From a virus, in the IMG/VR virus record IMGVR_UViG_3300044761_000059, positions 7,286 to 71,285 of that record: a DNA stretch of 64,000 nt; one strand, written 5' to 3'. Below are positions 55,392 to 64,000 of the stretch, in pieces. A program made the translations under genes and the position numbers. Numbering within the stretch: the first letter of the stretch is position 1; each line of letters starts with the position of its first letter. A model generated the notes under the pieces. The model had not been told where the DNA came from, made no database searches, and saw only the letters and a list, made by a program, of their open reading frames with translations.

Positions 55392-55608
55392 GCCCGGCCC
55401 CCTTCCTGGTGACCTGCAGGACGACCTGGTGGGCCTCCTGAACCCGGAGGCCGGCGTAGCAGCGGGGGCAGAGGTCGGCCTCGGCCCTGTCGGCGAGAAC
55501 CTTCTTGCTGTCCGCGCTCATGGGGATGATGGCGATGGCGAACCAGTCGGGGATCTCCCCCTCGCCGACGGGCCTCTCGCAAGCGTCACAGAAGATGCGC
55601 TCGACCAC
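55381..55608 (-). CDS. small Zn-finger protein
   Basis: FCDAC...DLCPRC. Confidence 0.6.
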   Translation of the reverse strand: MVERIFCDACERPVGEGEIPDWFAIAIIPMSADSKKVLADRAEADLCPRCYAGLRVQEAHQVVLQVTRKGAGHAG

Positions 55609-55762
55609 CGGGTCCTCCTTTCTCAGTCCGGCGCCCGCCCAAAGCCGAGCGCCAGGAAGATGGCCAGGCAGAGGAACACGGTCAGGGCCAGCCAGGCCAG
55701 GCCGGCGGGATCCGGCGGTGCCACCGGGGCGCAGGGCCTCCAGAGCGGGCAGGTGGCCCAGC

Positions 55763-55973
55763 TCATCGGAGTTCCTGGCGCCGGCCGCCGCGCGGGCGGC
55801 GGTCCGCCTGGGCGCGGCGCCGCAGTTCCTGGATCCAGCCGTTCAGGGCGAGGGTCGCCTTGCCGGCGTCGAGGAGGTCCAGCTCCTGGGCGCTCGTGTT
55901 CTGCCCGAGGAGCCGCTCCTCGACGTGCAGCCGGCGGCCGTCGTACCAGACCCGGAAGCTGTTGTCGTCCATC
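55763..55973 (-). CDS. hypothetical protein
   Basis: GGAGGAG RBS, MDDNSF start; first gene after the promoter. Confidence 0.45.
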
Positions 55974-56105
55974 GGCTCCTCCGTGAAAGGCCCCCGGGGG
56001 CGAGGGGTCACAACGCCGGGCAAGGCATGGCGGCGCGCCGGCCCAGGCATGGCCGGCGTGAGTGTTCCCCCGGAGGCGTGAGTGGGCGGGGCATCGGCGG
56101 GCAGG

Positions 56106-56133
56106 TTATACCGTCAGTGCAACCGCTGGCAAG
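56106..56133 (-). promoter_or_regulatory. promoter with shared GGTTGCACTG box
   Basis: TTGCCA-GCGGTTGCACTGACGG-TATAAC. Confidence 0.65.
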
Positions 56134-56135
56134 GG

Positions 56136-56184
56136 AAAAATGGGGGCGCCCGGACGGGGTGTCCGGAATCCGGGCGGGCGCCCT
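56136..56184 (-). terminator. terminator after the lysis cassette
   Basis: GGGCGCCCG...CGGGCGCCC stem then ATTTTT. Confidence 0.6.
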
Positions 56185-56192
56185 TGCGGCGT

Positions 56193-56774
56193 CTACTTGG
56201 CCAGAAAATAAATGATCCCGACGCCGATCCCGAAGACCGGCACCAGGAGGGTGAAGCGGTCGATGATCCGGTCGCGCTGGAGCCGCGCGATCTCATCCCC
56301 CCGGACGACGGCGATCGTCCGGTACTCCTCCGCCATCAGCGCCAGCGTGTCCAGGACGCTCATGGTGGCGCCGAGCATCACGTCCCGCTCCTGGACCTGC
56401 GCCTCGAGCACGGGCACCAGCTGGCGGAGGATCCGCTCGGCGGCGAGGTGCTGGGCGAGGGCCTGGGCCGAGACGTCGAAGGCGAAGAAGAGCCCCTCGC
56501 CCTTCCCCATCCGCTGAGGGTCCCCGCGGCAGAGCCAGAGCCCGGGTTGTCCCGGGGCCGGCTTGCACTCCAGCTGGGCGGGCGGGATCCCCTCCTCTAC
56601 CTTCGGGAGCTCGATCGGCTTGGCCGCCTCCCGCATCGTGGCGACGCTCTGGCGCAGCCTGTCGAGCGGCTCCCGGGGCAGGGGCGGCAACGGGGGGAGG
56701 TGCGAGACGCAGCCGATCAGGATGTTAGAAAGAAGGCCAGTGGCGACGTATCTCCGCCAGGACGGCGTCCGCAT
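56193..56774 (-). CDS. putative lipoprotein/spanin (lipobox plus C-terminal TM segment)
   Basis: LLSNILIG-C lipobox-like, Pro-rich stretch, coiled coil, C-terminal hydrophobic helix; in lysis cassette. Confidence 0.5.
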   Translation of the reverse strand: MRTPSWRRYVATGLLSNILIGCVSHLPPLPPLPREPLDRLRQSVATMREAAKPIELPKVEEGIPPAQLECKPAPGQPGLWLCRGDPQRMGKGEGLFFAFDVSAQALAQHLAAERILRQLVPVLEAQVQERDVMLGATMSVLDTLALMAEEYRTIAVVRGDEIARLQRDRIIDRFTLLVPVFGIGVGIIYFLAK

Positions 56775-57111
56775 CCCTTCCCTCCTCCCGGACCTGGTTG
56801 AGCTGGGCCTGGAGTTCGGCCTGCACCATCCGGAGCCTCGCGTCGCGCTCCGCTGCGGCCGCCGCGTCGGCGACCGGCTGGTTGAGCTGCTCCGCCCGCA
56901 GGGTGAGTCGTGCGATCGCGCCCGCCTGGTCCTCGGCGAGCCCGATCTGCCGCAGCCGGCGCTGGCGCGCCAGAAGCACGCTCACTGCGCCGGCTCCGGC
57001 CAGGATCCCGAACCCGGCCAGGGCGTACTTCAGCCAGCCCGGCCGCTTCCAGGCGACCAGGCCGAGCAGGAGCAGGGCGGCCCCGACGAGGACGTAAAGC
57101 GCGGCGTCCAT
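56725..57111 (-). CDS. membrane coiled-coil protein, i-spanin-like
   Basis: two N-terminal TM helices and a coiled coil; overlaps the lipoprotein gene. Confidence 0.5.
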   Translation of the reverse strand: MDAALYVLVGAALLLLGLVAWKRPGWLKYALAGFGILAGAGAVSVLLARQRRLRQIGLAEDQAGAIARLTLRAEQLNQPVADAAAAAERDARLRMVQAELQAQLNQVREEGRDADAVLAEIRRHWPSF

Positions 57112-57494
57112 CAGGCGGCCTCCTTCGGCGGCTCGGGGGGCGCCGGCACCGGGCCCCAGACCCGCTCGAGCACGGCCTTGCCGAACCGCTCGTAGAGCCA
57201 GATGGCGAAGGTGTCGAGGACCAGCGCGTAGATCAGGAGCCGGCGCCAGGGCATCGGCGCCTCGAAGGCCCGGATCACGACGATGGCCCAGCCGAGGTTG
57301 CCGAACCAGCAGAGGAGCCCGTCCCCCAGCGCCTCGAGCCGGTGCCACCGGCGGGGCAGCAGGATCGCGGCGGCGGCGCGGCGCAACCAGTAGGTCCCGA
57401 TCAGCATGGCCACGATGACCAGTGGATTCACGGTCACGTCCGTGAGCGAAATCCCGAAGGCGCCGAGGAAGTCCCGGATCGTCGCGGCGTCCAT
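57111..57494 (-). CDS. putative holin
   Basis: ~3 TM segments, downstream of endolysin. Confidence 0.5.
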   Translation of the reverse strand: MDAATIRDFLGAFGISLTDVTVNPLVIVAMLIGTYWLRRAAAAILLPRRWHRLEALGDGLLCWFGNLGWAIVVIRAFEAPMPWRRLLIYALVLDTFAIWLYERFGKAVLERVWGPVPAPPEPPKEAA

Positions 57495-57496
57495 GC

Positions 57497-57706
57497 TCAC
57501 CCCCGCAGCCACGCCCGGGCCTTCTCCACGAAGGACGTCCGGGCGGCGCCGAGTCCGCCTTCGATGTAGCGGCGCTGTTTGTATGTCACCAGCCCCAGGA
57601 ACCAGAGGCCGGCGCCGGCGATGCCCGCGGCCGGGCCCCGCCATATCCAGAGCCAGCCGATCGCGGCCAGGGCGACCGGCACCACGATCCAGTAGTAGCG
57701 CTTCAT
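57497..57706 (-). CDS. small two-TM membrane protein
   Basis: hydrophobic segments; lysis cassette. Confidence 0.5.
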   Translation of the reverse strand: MKRYYWIVVPVALAAIGWLWIWRGPAAGIAGAGLWFLGLVTYKQRRYIEGGLGAARTSFVEKARAWLRG

Positions 57707-57729
57707 GCGAGCCTCCTCCCATCCGGTAA

Positions 57730-58194
57730 TCAGCCGCCGAGCGCCGCCCGGTAGTCCAGGATCCGGGCGACGTATCCGCTGGTCTCGTCCGGCACCTTCG
57801 CCGGGTCGTACTCCAGGCTCGGCAGCGCCCTCCGGACGTTGCCGATGCCCCAGTTGTAGGCGGCGAGCGCGGTCTCGAGGCGGCCGCCTACCTGGCGGAG
57901 GATCCACGCGAGGTATGCGGCCTGGACCCGGATCCCGTCCTCGGGGTCCCGGGGGTCCAGGAGGACAAGATCCGCCGGCGGGGATTCCTGGACGCCCGGC
58001 GTCCCGTCCCGCCACTCCTCCCAGGTCCGCGCCATGAACTGGGCGATCCCCTTCGCCCCGACCTTGCTCCGGGCGTCGGGATCCAGGTTGCGTCCCGACT
58101 CGGCCTGGGCCTGGGCTTTCAGGAGTCGCCAATCCACCCCGGCTCCTTCGCCGTAGAACTGGAACAGGCTGTCGTACCGTTCGTGGGCTTCCAT
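57730..58194 (-). CDS. SLT-family lytic transglycosylase (endolysin)
   Basis: AQAQAESG...S.VGAKGIAQFM..TW...ALAAYNWG.GNV...ET.GYV. Confidence 0.9.
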   Translation of the reverse strand: MEAHERYDSLFQFYGEGAGVDWRLLKAQAQAESGRNLDPDARSKVGAKGIAQFMARTWEEWRDGTPGVQESPPADLVLLDPRDPEDGIRVQAAYLAWILRQVGGRLETALAAYNWGIGNVRRALPSLEYDPAKVPDETSGYVARILDYRAALGG

Positions 58195-58205
58195 GGTCCC
58201 CTCCC

Positions 58206-58472
58206 CTACCTCGCGCCCGGATGAAAAATGTTTTGGAAGACGGTCCAAAGGGCGAGCAGGACCGCCCAGAGAACTCCGAGCAGCCACATCCCGCCCTTCA
58301 CGGACGCGCGCCAGCCCTCGAGCAGAGAAACTCGGCTCTCGTGGCTGCCCAGCACCGTTTTGATCCCGTCGTACATATTCTCCAGGCGCTTCTCGATCCT
58401 GGCCTGTCCCTCTTTCAGGTGGCCCACGTCCGCCTGGAGCTGTCCGAGTTCGTATTCCTGCCTTTCGGGCAT
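58206..58472 (-). CDS. XhlA-like / holin-associated coiled-coil membrane protein
   Basis: coiled coil, HESRVSLLE, C-terminal TM. Confidence 0.55.
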   Translation of the reverse strand: MPERQEYELGQLQADVGHLKEGQARIEKRLENMYDGIKTVLGSHESRVSLLEGWRASVKGGMWLLGVLWAVLLALWTVFQNIFHPGAR

Positions 58473-58503
58473 TCCCTTCCCCGTCGCACTTGGCGACGCC
58501 CGG

Positions 58504-58929
58504 CTACTTCTTCGGCTCGCCCTGCTTCAGCTGCTCGTCGTACTGCAGGAGCTGCTCGAGCAGGTCCCGGCACTGGTCCCGGATGGCCTTTTCCCCCTTG
58601 GCGCACCTGGGCCCGTAGCGGTCCTCGAGGTTCCAGAGTTGCTGCTGCGTCCGGGTCCGGTCGTCCTTGAGGATCTTCTTCTCCAGCCGGAGCTCGACCA
58701 GGCGCAGATCCCCCGCCTTGGCCACGTACCCGTCGAAGCTGATCCAGCCGCCGATGATGACGGTGAGTGCCGTGATTCCCAGGACCACCTGCCCGGTGAT
58801 GGTCTGGAAGAGGCGCTCGGCCACCCGACCGGCCCACCTTCGCTCCTTCGGGTGCTCCCGGAGTTGGTGGTCCTTCAGCACCCGGCCCGTCGGGGGAGCC
58901 GGCTTGGCGCTGGCTTTCCGCTTCCCCAT
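58504..58929 (-). CDS. single-TM coiled-coil protein
   Basis: TM VLGITALTVIIGGW then a helical domain with two Cys. Confidence 0.5.
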   Translation of the reverse strand: MGKRKASAKPAPPTGRVLKDHQLREHPKERRWAGRVAERLFQTITGQVVLGITALTVIIGGWISFDGYVAKAGDLRLVELRLEKKILKDDRTRTQQQLWNLEDRYGPRCAKGEKAIRDQCRDLLEQLLQYDEQLKQGEPKK

Positions 58930-58940
58930 GGTTCCCCTCC

Positions 58941-61900
58941 TCACGCGCTCCAGACGTGGGTGGTTGGCGCCTTGGTACCCTCCGCCATCTGCCCGACAAC
59001 CCCGACCGCGATCGCCTTGAAGAAGAGCGCCTGCATGGAGTCCTGGACCACGGGCGCGTAGAGGTAGGCGTTCTCCTTCCGGCCCGCCACTACCAGGTCG
59101 CCGTCCAGGAGGATCTCCAGCTCCCGCGGCGGGGTCGCCAGCAGGGAACTCGTCCGCAGCATCCGGAGGTAGTAGCGCGAGCTGGCGTCGCCGATCGTGG
59201 ACCCACCGGAGGAGACGCGGTTGGTCGGGCTCCAATCCCCGGCGGGCTCCACGAAGATCGGCCCGGTCTGGAGCAGGCCGGAGGTCAGGTCGGTGGGTCC
59301 GATGAACCCCGAGAGGACCAGGCTCGCCCAGGTGCCGTCCCCGGTCGAGTATTCGTAGGCCATCGAGACGACGCTGGAGGCATTCCGCTCGAGGAACATT
59401 CCCATCCGAGAGAAGCGGGACGGGCCGCCGAGGTAGACGTAGGTGGAGTTGTCCGCAAAGAAGGGCATGTTGGAGAGCGGGTTCGCGGCGGCCGCCGTCA
59501 GGTCGAGGAGGCTCTGGCTCCCGACGGGCCCCGTCGTGACCACGAAGGCGCCGAGGCTCATCAGGTTGCTGTGGCTGGTGGCCGGCGTCCCGGCCGCCCC
59601 CCGGGTCACGCCCTCGAGCCGGGAGTCGGTGAAGGTGGAGTAGCCCATCTCCTCCGCGCGCACCCGGACGCTTCCGATGTTGGCGAACCCACCCTTGGCG
59701 TTGTAGATCGGGAGGAAGGTCTGCGTCGCCGAGATGAAGGCAAGGTCCCGGTCGTAATCGTAGAGGTCGCCGCCGCGGAAGTCGGCGAAGCCCGAGGCCG
59801 GGAAGCGGCCATCGGCGGGCCGGCTGGTGAAGGACTGGTCGGCGAAGACCTGGAGGAACCCCGAGGCCGGTTGCACAGCGGGGTTCCCCAAGGAGAGGAC
59901 GGCCATCCCTGCGGAGGCCACGTTGCCGACGAGGACCACGCTCGACGGGTTGAAGAGCCGGGCGGCCCAGCCGTCCGGGAGCCCTCGGACCAGGATCGGG
60001 CTATTCACCTCGGGAGGTGGGGCGCTCTTCCACGAGAAGTCGTCCCAGCGCTCCCCCTGGGTGGCGATCCGGTCGCCGCTCCCGATGCCGGCGCGGTAGT
60101 GTGCGATCACGCGCGCCGACGAGAGGGCGGTGTCGTAGATGGCGGCCTCGTCCATCCGCCCCAGGAATCGGTTCCGCCCGGCGCCGCCGGCGCTCTCCTG
60201 GGCGGCCCGGGCCAGCGTCCAGAACTGGGCATTGCTGGAAGGGATGACCGCCTTGCTGGAGCTCTTGCCGTGGAACACGCCGTCCACGAAGAGCGAGATT
60301 TCCGCGGCGTCGTAGGTGCCGACCAGGTGATGCCGCGTCCCGACGGCGAACGCGGAACTGATGAAACTCAGATCCGCGGAGAAGTCCCCGCCCGCATCGA
60401 CGTGCATGGTCAGGAGGGTGCCGGAGGCGTTCAGCTGGAAACCAACCGGGAAGTCGTTCACGGCCGCGGCGAAGTAGCTCCGCTTGCTGATGATCTCCTG
60501 GACGTCCCCGCTGTTCACCGCCTGGGGTACCACCCAGGCTTCGAGGGAGAACATGCTCGGGACGCGGGTCTGGAAGCTCGTGGTGATCCAGCCGCTGTTC
60601 TGGAAGTCGACGGCCCCGTCCCGGTCGCCGTCGAGGAGGCCGGCGGCGCCCCGAGTGGCGCTCCCCTGCAGGGTCCCCTCGCGGGCCGCCACGTGACCGG
60701 CCCAGTCGCCGAACTTCCCCGCGGTCTCACCCAGGCGCCAGTAGGCGATGGGGCTGTCGGCCCGGACAACGTCCGGGTACCCCTTCGCCACGACGACGCG
60801 GGCGACCCCGCCCTCGGCCTGGCCCTGGATCCACGAGTCCACCGCGGACAGAAGTTGGACGCTGTTGAGGCGGGCCGTGAGTGTATAGCTCCGGGCCTCG
60901 AAGCGGAACTCCGTCGCGCTCGCCGGCGTGCTGAAGTAGGTCCCCGAGGCGATGCCGGCGGCGGAGAGCAGGGTGGAGACCTCCCCCGAGGTCACCCGGA
61001 AGATGCCCACCTCGAGGATCGAATGGCTCAGGCTCCGGGTCAGGTACTCCAGGGAGTAGAACTGCCCGTAGGATCCCGCGTCCTGCCACCGGAGCGCCAG
61101 GCCGACGCGCGGCCGGATCCCCAGGCCGTCGCTGTGGAACATGACTCCCTGGACGTCCACGTCGCCGGAGAGGACTTTGCTGTTCGTCCGGGCGGCCGCG
61201 CTGATGGCGGTGGCGTCCCCGCTGGTCGGGTCGCCGCGCTGGAGGGTGTGGCTCTGGACCCTGAAAATGTCCTGGCCCACTTCGACCCAGTCCCCCCCGA
61301 GACTGTCGGCGTTCGTCCGGCTGAAGGCGTCGGTGAAGCCGCTGCCCGGAGGCGCGCTGGGCGCCCCGGTCGTGGGGTGCGTGACGCTCTGGACCTGGCT
61401 GTCCAGGTAGGCGGTGGGGGCGAGCGCGAGCGCGGTCCCGTCCAGTTGGACGAAGTCCCCCCCGGTGCCGCGCCGCCGGTACATGAGGGCGCCGGCGAAG
61501 TTGTCCGCGCTCTGGAGCCGGGTGAACGCCAGCTCCATCACATCCTCGTTGCGGCGCTTGTAGGCGGTGAAGCGGCCCACGTGGTACGGGAGGGCCGCCG
61601 CGTTCAGCGGCTGGGCCAGCGACGGCTGGACCGCGTTCGCCCGGTCGTGGTAGATCGCGGCGTTGTACTCGAGGCAGGTCAACGTCAGCTCGTCGTCCTC
61701 GGCTTCCTCGATCTGGAGGATGCGGAACTTCTTGGCCACCCACGCCGGAACGTCGTGCGAGACCTCGATGACGTCCCCGACCTCAGACTTGAGGGCGGCG
61801 ATCCCCACCCGGAAGCTGCAGGCGTTGGAGCAGTGGATGCTCTGGTCCAGGTAGAACGTGGCCATCCGCTGGGCCTGGGAGGGCCGCTTGATCCCCTGGA

Positions 61901-64000
61901 GCCGGAGGGTCCGCTCCCGGCGCTCCCCCGTGGCGTCAATGTCCCAGTCATCGAAGGCCTCGACAAAGTCGCGCCGGTGGTCGTCGGCTGCGTTGATGTA
62001 TTCGACCCGGACTACGTTGGCGCGGTCGCGGTAGCTCTGCCGCCTCCACTGGAAAGAGTCGGCCACGATGCTGCCCATGCTGAAGGATTGGCTCACCTCC
62101 TCCGTCCGCTCGATCCGGATCTTCACCGTGCCCCCGGCCCAGACCAGGAATCCCCGGAAGGTAGAGAGCATGTCACGGAGGTGGTCCAGCACCGACCGTC
62201 CCTGGTCCAGCACGATGTCGAGGACGAAGCGCTTCTCCAGGGTTCCGTCTGGCGCAGCGATCAGTTCATCGCAGAAGGCGGCGGACTCCTCGAAGCTCGC
62301 CCGCTCGATGCGGCTGATCGGGAGCCCCAGCCCGTACCGTTTCTTCGTGAGGAGGTCCTTGACCTGGATCACGGGGTTTCCCGTGGCGAAAACGGAAGTC
62401 TCGGCCCCGGTCCGGCCGAGGTTCCCGAAGACGTGCACCTGGAAATCATCGAGGCGCCCCGGGTCCGCCTGGGCACCCTTTGCGTCGAAGTACAGGCCGA
62501 CTGTTCCCGCGCTCTGGATCGTGGTATCGGTCACCTGGAGCACGTTCAGGGAGTTGATAAACAGGCTCAGGGTCGATCCGTCCGCCTCGAGCCCGAAACG
62601 GTCCCCCGAAGCGACGCTCCCCGCCGGGAGACCCCCGCTCTTGAGCACGGTGATGGAGTTCAAGGCGGTGGCCATCCCGATCTGCAGGCGGATGCTCCGG
62701 CTCTGGGCCGCTACTCCCGGGCTGTTGACCGTATCGAAGACCCCGATGTAGGCGGCGTGGCTGCTGTTCTGCCCGCGCACCTCCACGCCGCGCCCGGTGA
62801 CAGTACCGGAGGCGGTGAACGCGTTCACTTGGGTCCCCAGGTCGACGAGCCGCACGGAAGCGGAGACCTTAGGGTCGAAGTTCACGGCGCCGGGGACCAG
62901 CCATTCGCGGGCAAAGAATCCTTGGGAGATGAAGGCCACGCTCCCCTGAATCTCCCAGGCATTGCTGGTAGCGTACTGGTGCTGCCAGCGAGACCCGAGG
63001 TCGGTGGCATTGGCCCGATTGAAGTCGTCGGCGAAGGTGGCGGCGTAAGAGCGCGGATTGCCCACGATGCCGGCCATGAAGTCGTCCACGTAGCGCGTGG
63101 CCGTCTGGGAAATCATGCCGGCGAAGCCCACCCCCTGGATCGTCCCGTCGCTCTTGGGCGGGATGACCGGGATGCCGTTGATCTCGGCGGAGATGAGCGA
63201 CTCCGAGACCACCAGGGTCAGGACGTTCCCCGGCTTGAACGCGGCGGCGACGCTGCCCGCGAGGAAGACGTAGGAATTGGCGCCCGTGAAGCGCACCAGG
63301 TGCAGGAGGTGCTTCTCGGGCTCGCCGCTCCCGCCTGGTTGCATGAAGAGGGCGTAGGCCTCCTGCGTGAGCGATTGGACGCGCGCTTCTACGCCCATGA
63401 ACCCCGCCCCGCCGGAGGAGGGGCCCCGCGGCCGGACGGAGACCCGCATGTTCTTCGCCGGGAGGAAGGCGGAGGCCACCACACCGATGCGGGCCCAGTT
63501 CGGCGCCGCGAGCCCCCCTCCCGTCCGGGCCTGGTTCGACGCCACCGACCAGACCCCCGAGAGGCTTCCGTGCTCCCGCCAGTTCTCGCCGAGGCTTCCG
63601 GCGTCCGAGCGGCTGAAGGTGTCCGTGAAGGTCTCGCCCGTCAGGACGACCCCATCCACGATCGCGGTGACGTTCGGGACTCGGTTCGCTCGGCCCAGCC
63701 GGCCGGTGAAGAGGAGGTAGCCGGTGTTCCTGAATGCCGGGGCGTTCGCCCCGAGGGCCCCCACCACCAGGGAATCCGGCCCCTGCGCCGCGTCCCCATC
63801 GTAGACGGTGTAGTTCAGGCCCTCGGTGTCGGTGAAGTCCTCATCGTCCACCTTGACCTGGGTGACGCCGGCGATCTCCCCCTCCGAGAGGGCCATGGCG
63901 AAGTCGGCGTGGTACCAGACCTCGCGGGTCTTCGGCGGGTCGGGGGCGCCCTTCCCCCCCTCCGTCGCCTCGCGCTCGACGATCTCGGTGAAGGTGTTCC
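58941..64000 (-). CDS. tail tip / host-specificity (lambda J / GTA-like) protein with lectin/LamG domains, 5'-partial
   Basis: GGKG...YHADFAMALSEG, PAFRNTGY, NPV...DLLT..RYGLG, SF...A.FCD, AN.V.VEY, EVGDVI; LamG module (YWRLGE...WHH-like, DEAAIY); frame open to the window end. Confidence 0.85.
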   Translation of the reverse strand, partial: NTFTEIVEREATEGGKGAPDPPKTREVWYHADFAMALSEGEIAGVTQVKVDDEDFTDTEGLNYTVYDGDAAQGPDSLVVGALGANAPAFRNTGYLLFTGRLGRANRVPNVTAIVDGVVLTGETFTDTFSRSDAGSLGENWREHGSLSGVWSVASNQARTGGGLAAPNWARIGVVASAFLPAKNMRVSVRPRGPSSGGAGFMGVEARVQSLTQEAYALFMQPGGSGEPEKHLLHLVRFTGANSYVFLAGSVAAAFKPGNVLTLVVSESLISAEINGIPVIPPKSDGTIQGVGFAGMISQTATRYVDDFMAGIVGNPRSYAATFADDFNRANATDLGSRWQHQYATSNAWEIQGSVAFISQGFFAREWLVPGAVNFDPKVSASVRLVDLGTQVNAFTASGTVTGRGVEVRGQNSSHAAYIGVFDTVNSPGVAAQSRSIRLQIGMATALNSITVLKSGGLPAGSVASGDRFGLEADGSTLSLFINSLNVLQVTDTTIQSAGTVGLYFDAKGAQADPGRLDDFQVHVFGNLGRTGAETSVFATGNPVIQVKDLLTKKRYGLGLPISRIERASFEESAAFCDELIAAPDGTLEKRFVLDIVLDQGRSVLDHLRDMLSTFRGFLVWAGGTVKIRIERTEEVSQSFSMGSIVADSFQWRRQSYRDRANVVRVEYINAADDHRRDFVEAFDDWDIDATGERRERTLRLQGIKRPSQAQRMATFYLDQSIHCSNACSFRVGIAALKSEVGDVIEVSHDVPAWVAKKFRILQIEEAEDDELTLTCLEYNAAIYHDRANAVQPSLAQPLNAAALPYHVGRFTAYKRRNEDVMELAFTRLQSADNFAGALMYRRRGTGGDFVQLDGTALALAPTAYLDSQVQSVTHPTTGAPSAPPGSGFTDAFSRTNADSLGGDWVEVGQDIFRVQSHTLQRGDPTSGDATAISAAARTNSKVLSGDVDVQGVMFHSDGLGIRPRVGLALRWQDAGSYGQFYSLEYLTRSLSHSILEVGIFRVTSGEVSTLLSAAGIASGTYFSTPASATEFRFEARSYTLTARLNSVQLLSAVDSWIQGQAEGGVARVVVAKGYPDVVRADSPIAYWRLGETAGKFGDWAGHVAAREGTLQGSATRGAAGLLDGDRDGAVDFQNSGWITTSFQTRVPSMFSLEAWVVPQAVNSGDVQEIISKRSYFAAAVNDFPVGFQLNASGTLLTMHVDAGGDFSADLSFISSAFAVGTRHHLVGTYDAAEISLFVDGVFHGKSSSKAVIPSSNAQFWTLARAAQESAGGAGRNRFLGRMDEAAIYDTALSSARVIAHYRAGIGSGDRIATQGERWDDFSWKSAPPPEVNSPILVRGLPDGWAARLFNPSSVVLVGNVASAGMAVLSLGNPAVQPASGFLQVFADQSFTSRPADGRFPASGFADFRGGDLYDYDRDLAFISATQTFLPIYNAKGGFANIGSVRVRAEEMGYSTFTDSRLEGVTRGAAGTPATSHSNLMSLGAFVVTTGPVGSQSLLDLTAAAANPLSNMPFFADNSTYVYLGGPSRFSRMGMFLERNASSVVSMAYEYSTGDGTWASLVLSGFIGPTDLTSGLLQTGPIFVEPAGDWSPTNRVSSGGSTIGDASSRYYLRMLRTSSLLATPPRELEILLDGDLVVAGRKENAYLYAPVVQDSMQALFFKAIAVGVVGQMAEGTKAPTTHVWSA

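Noticed and set aside
1-64000. tRNA/rRNA genes, integrase, transposase, reverse transcriptase or stop-codon recoding
   Set aside because: None recognised; genes tile well with the standard code and use all three stop codons.

Overview
GC-rich tailed bacteriophage genome segment. Essentially all genes lie on the minus strand, and no integrase or host genes are visible. In transcription order (high to low coordinates) it contains: a partial tail-tip protein; a lysis cassette (membrane proteins, SLT endolysin, putative spanins); a Cas4-like nuclease and recombination module; an early region driven by a near-consensus sigma70 promoter and punctuated by four predicted self-cleaving ribozymes (three twister-like, one hammerhead); a ParB-like and a HerA-like ATPase gene; a ~1.1-kb non-CRISPR periodic array next to a stand-alone Cas7/RAMP-like gene; a replication initiator; DNA methyltransferases and RuvC; terminases; Mu-like head genes (portal fused to an ADP-ribosyltransferase, MuF, protease/scaffold with a HiPIP-like insert, capsid); an 11-kb glycosylation/methylation cluster; and neck proteins. 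The most striking element is the array at 39661-40745. It has 29 GTCGCA-NN delimiters separated by runs of G(G/A)N-NN pentamers, with spacing 8+5n in 24 of 28 intervals. It abuts the RAMP gene, and an orphan mini-copy sits upstream of the replication gene. I interpret it as a candidate RNA-guided (VIPR-like) system. All calls come from reading motifs by eye; no searches were run.
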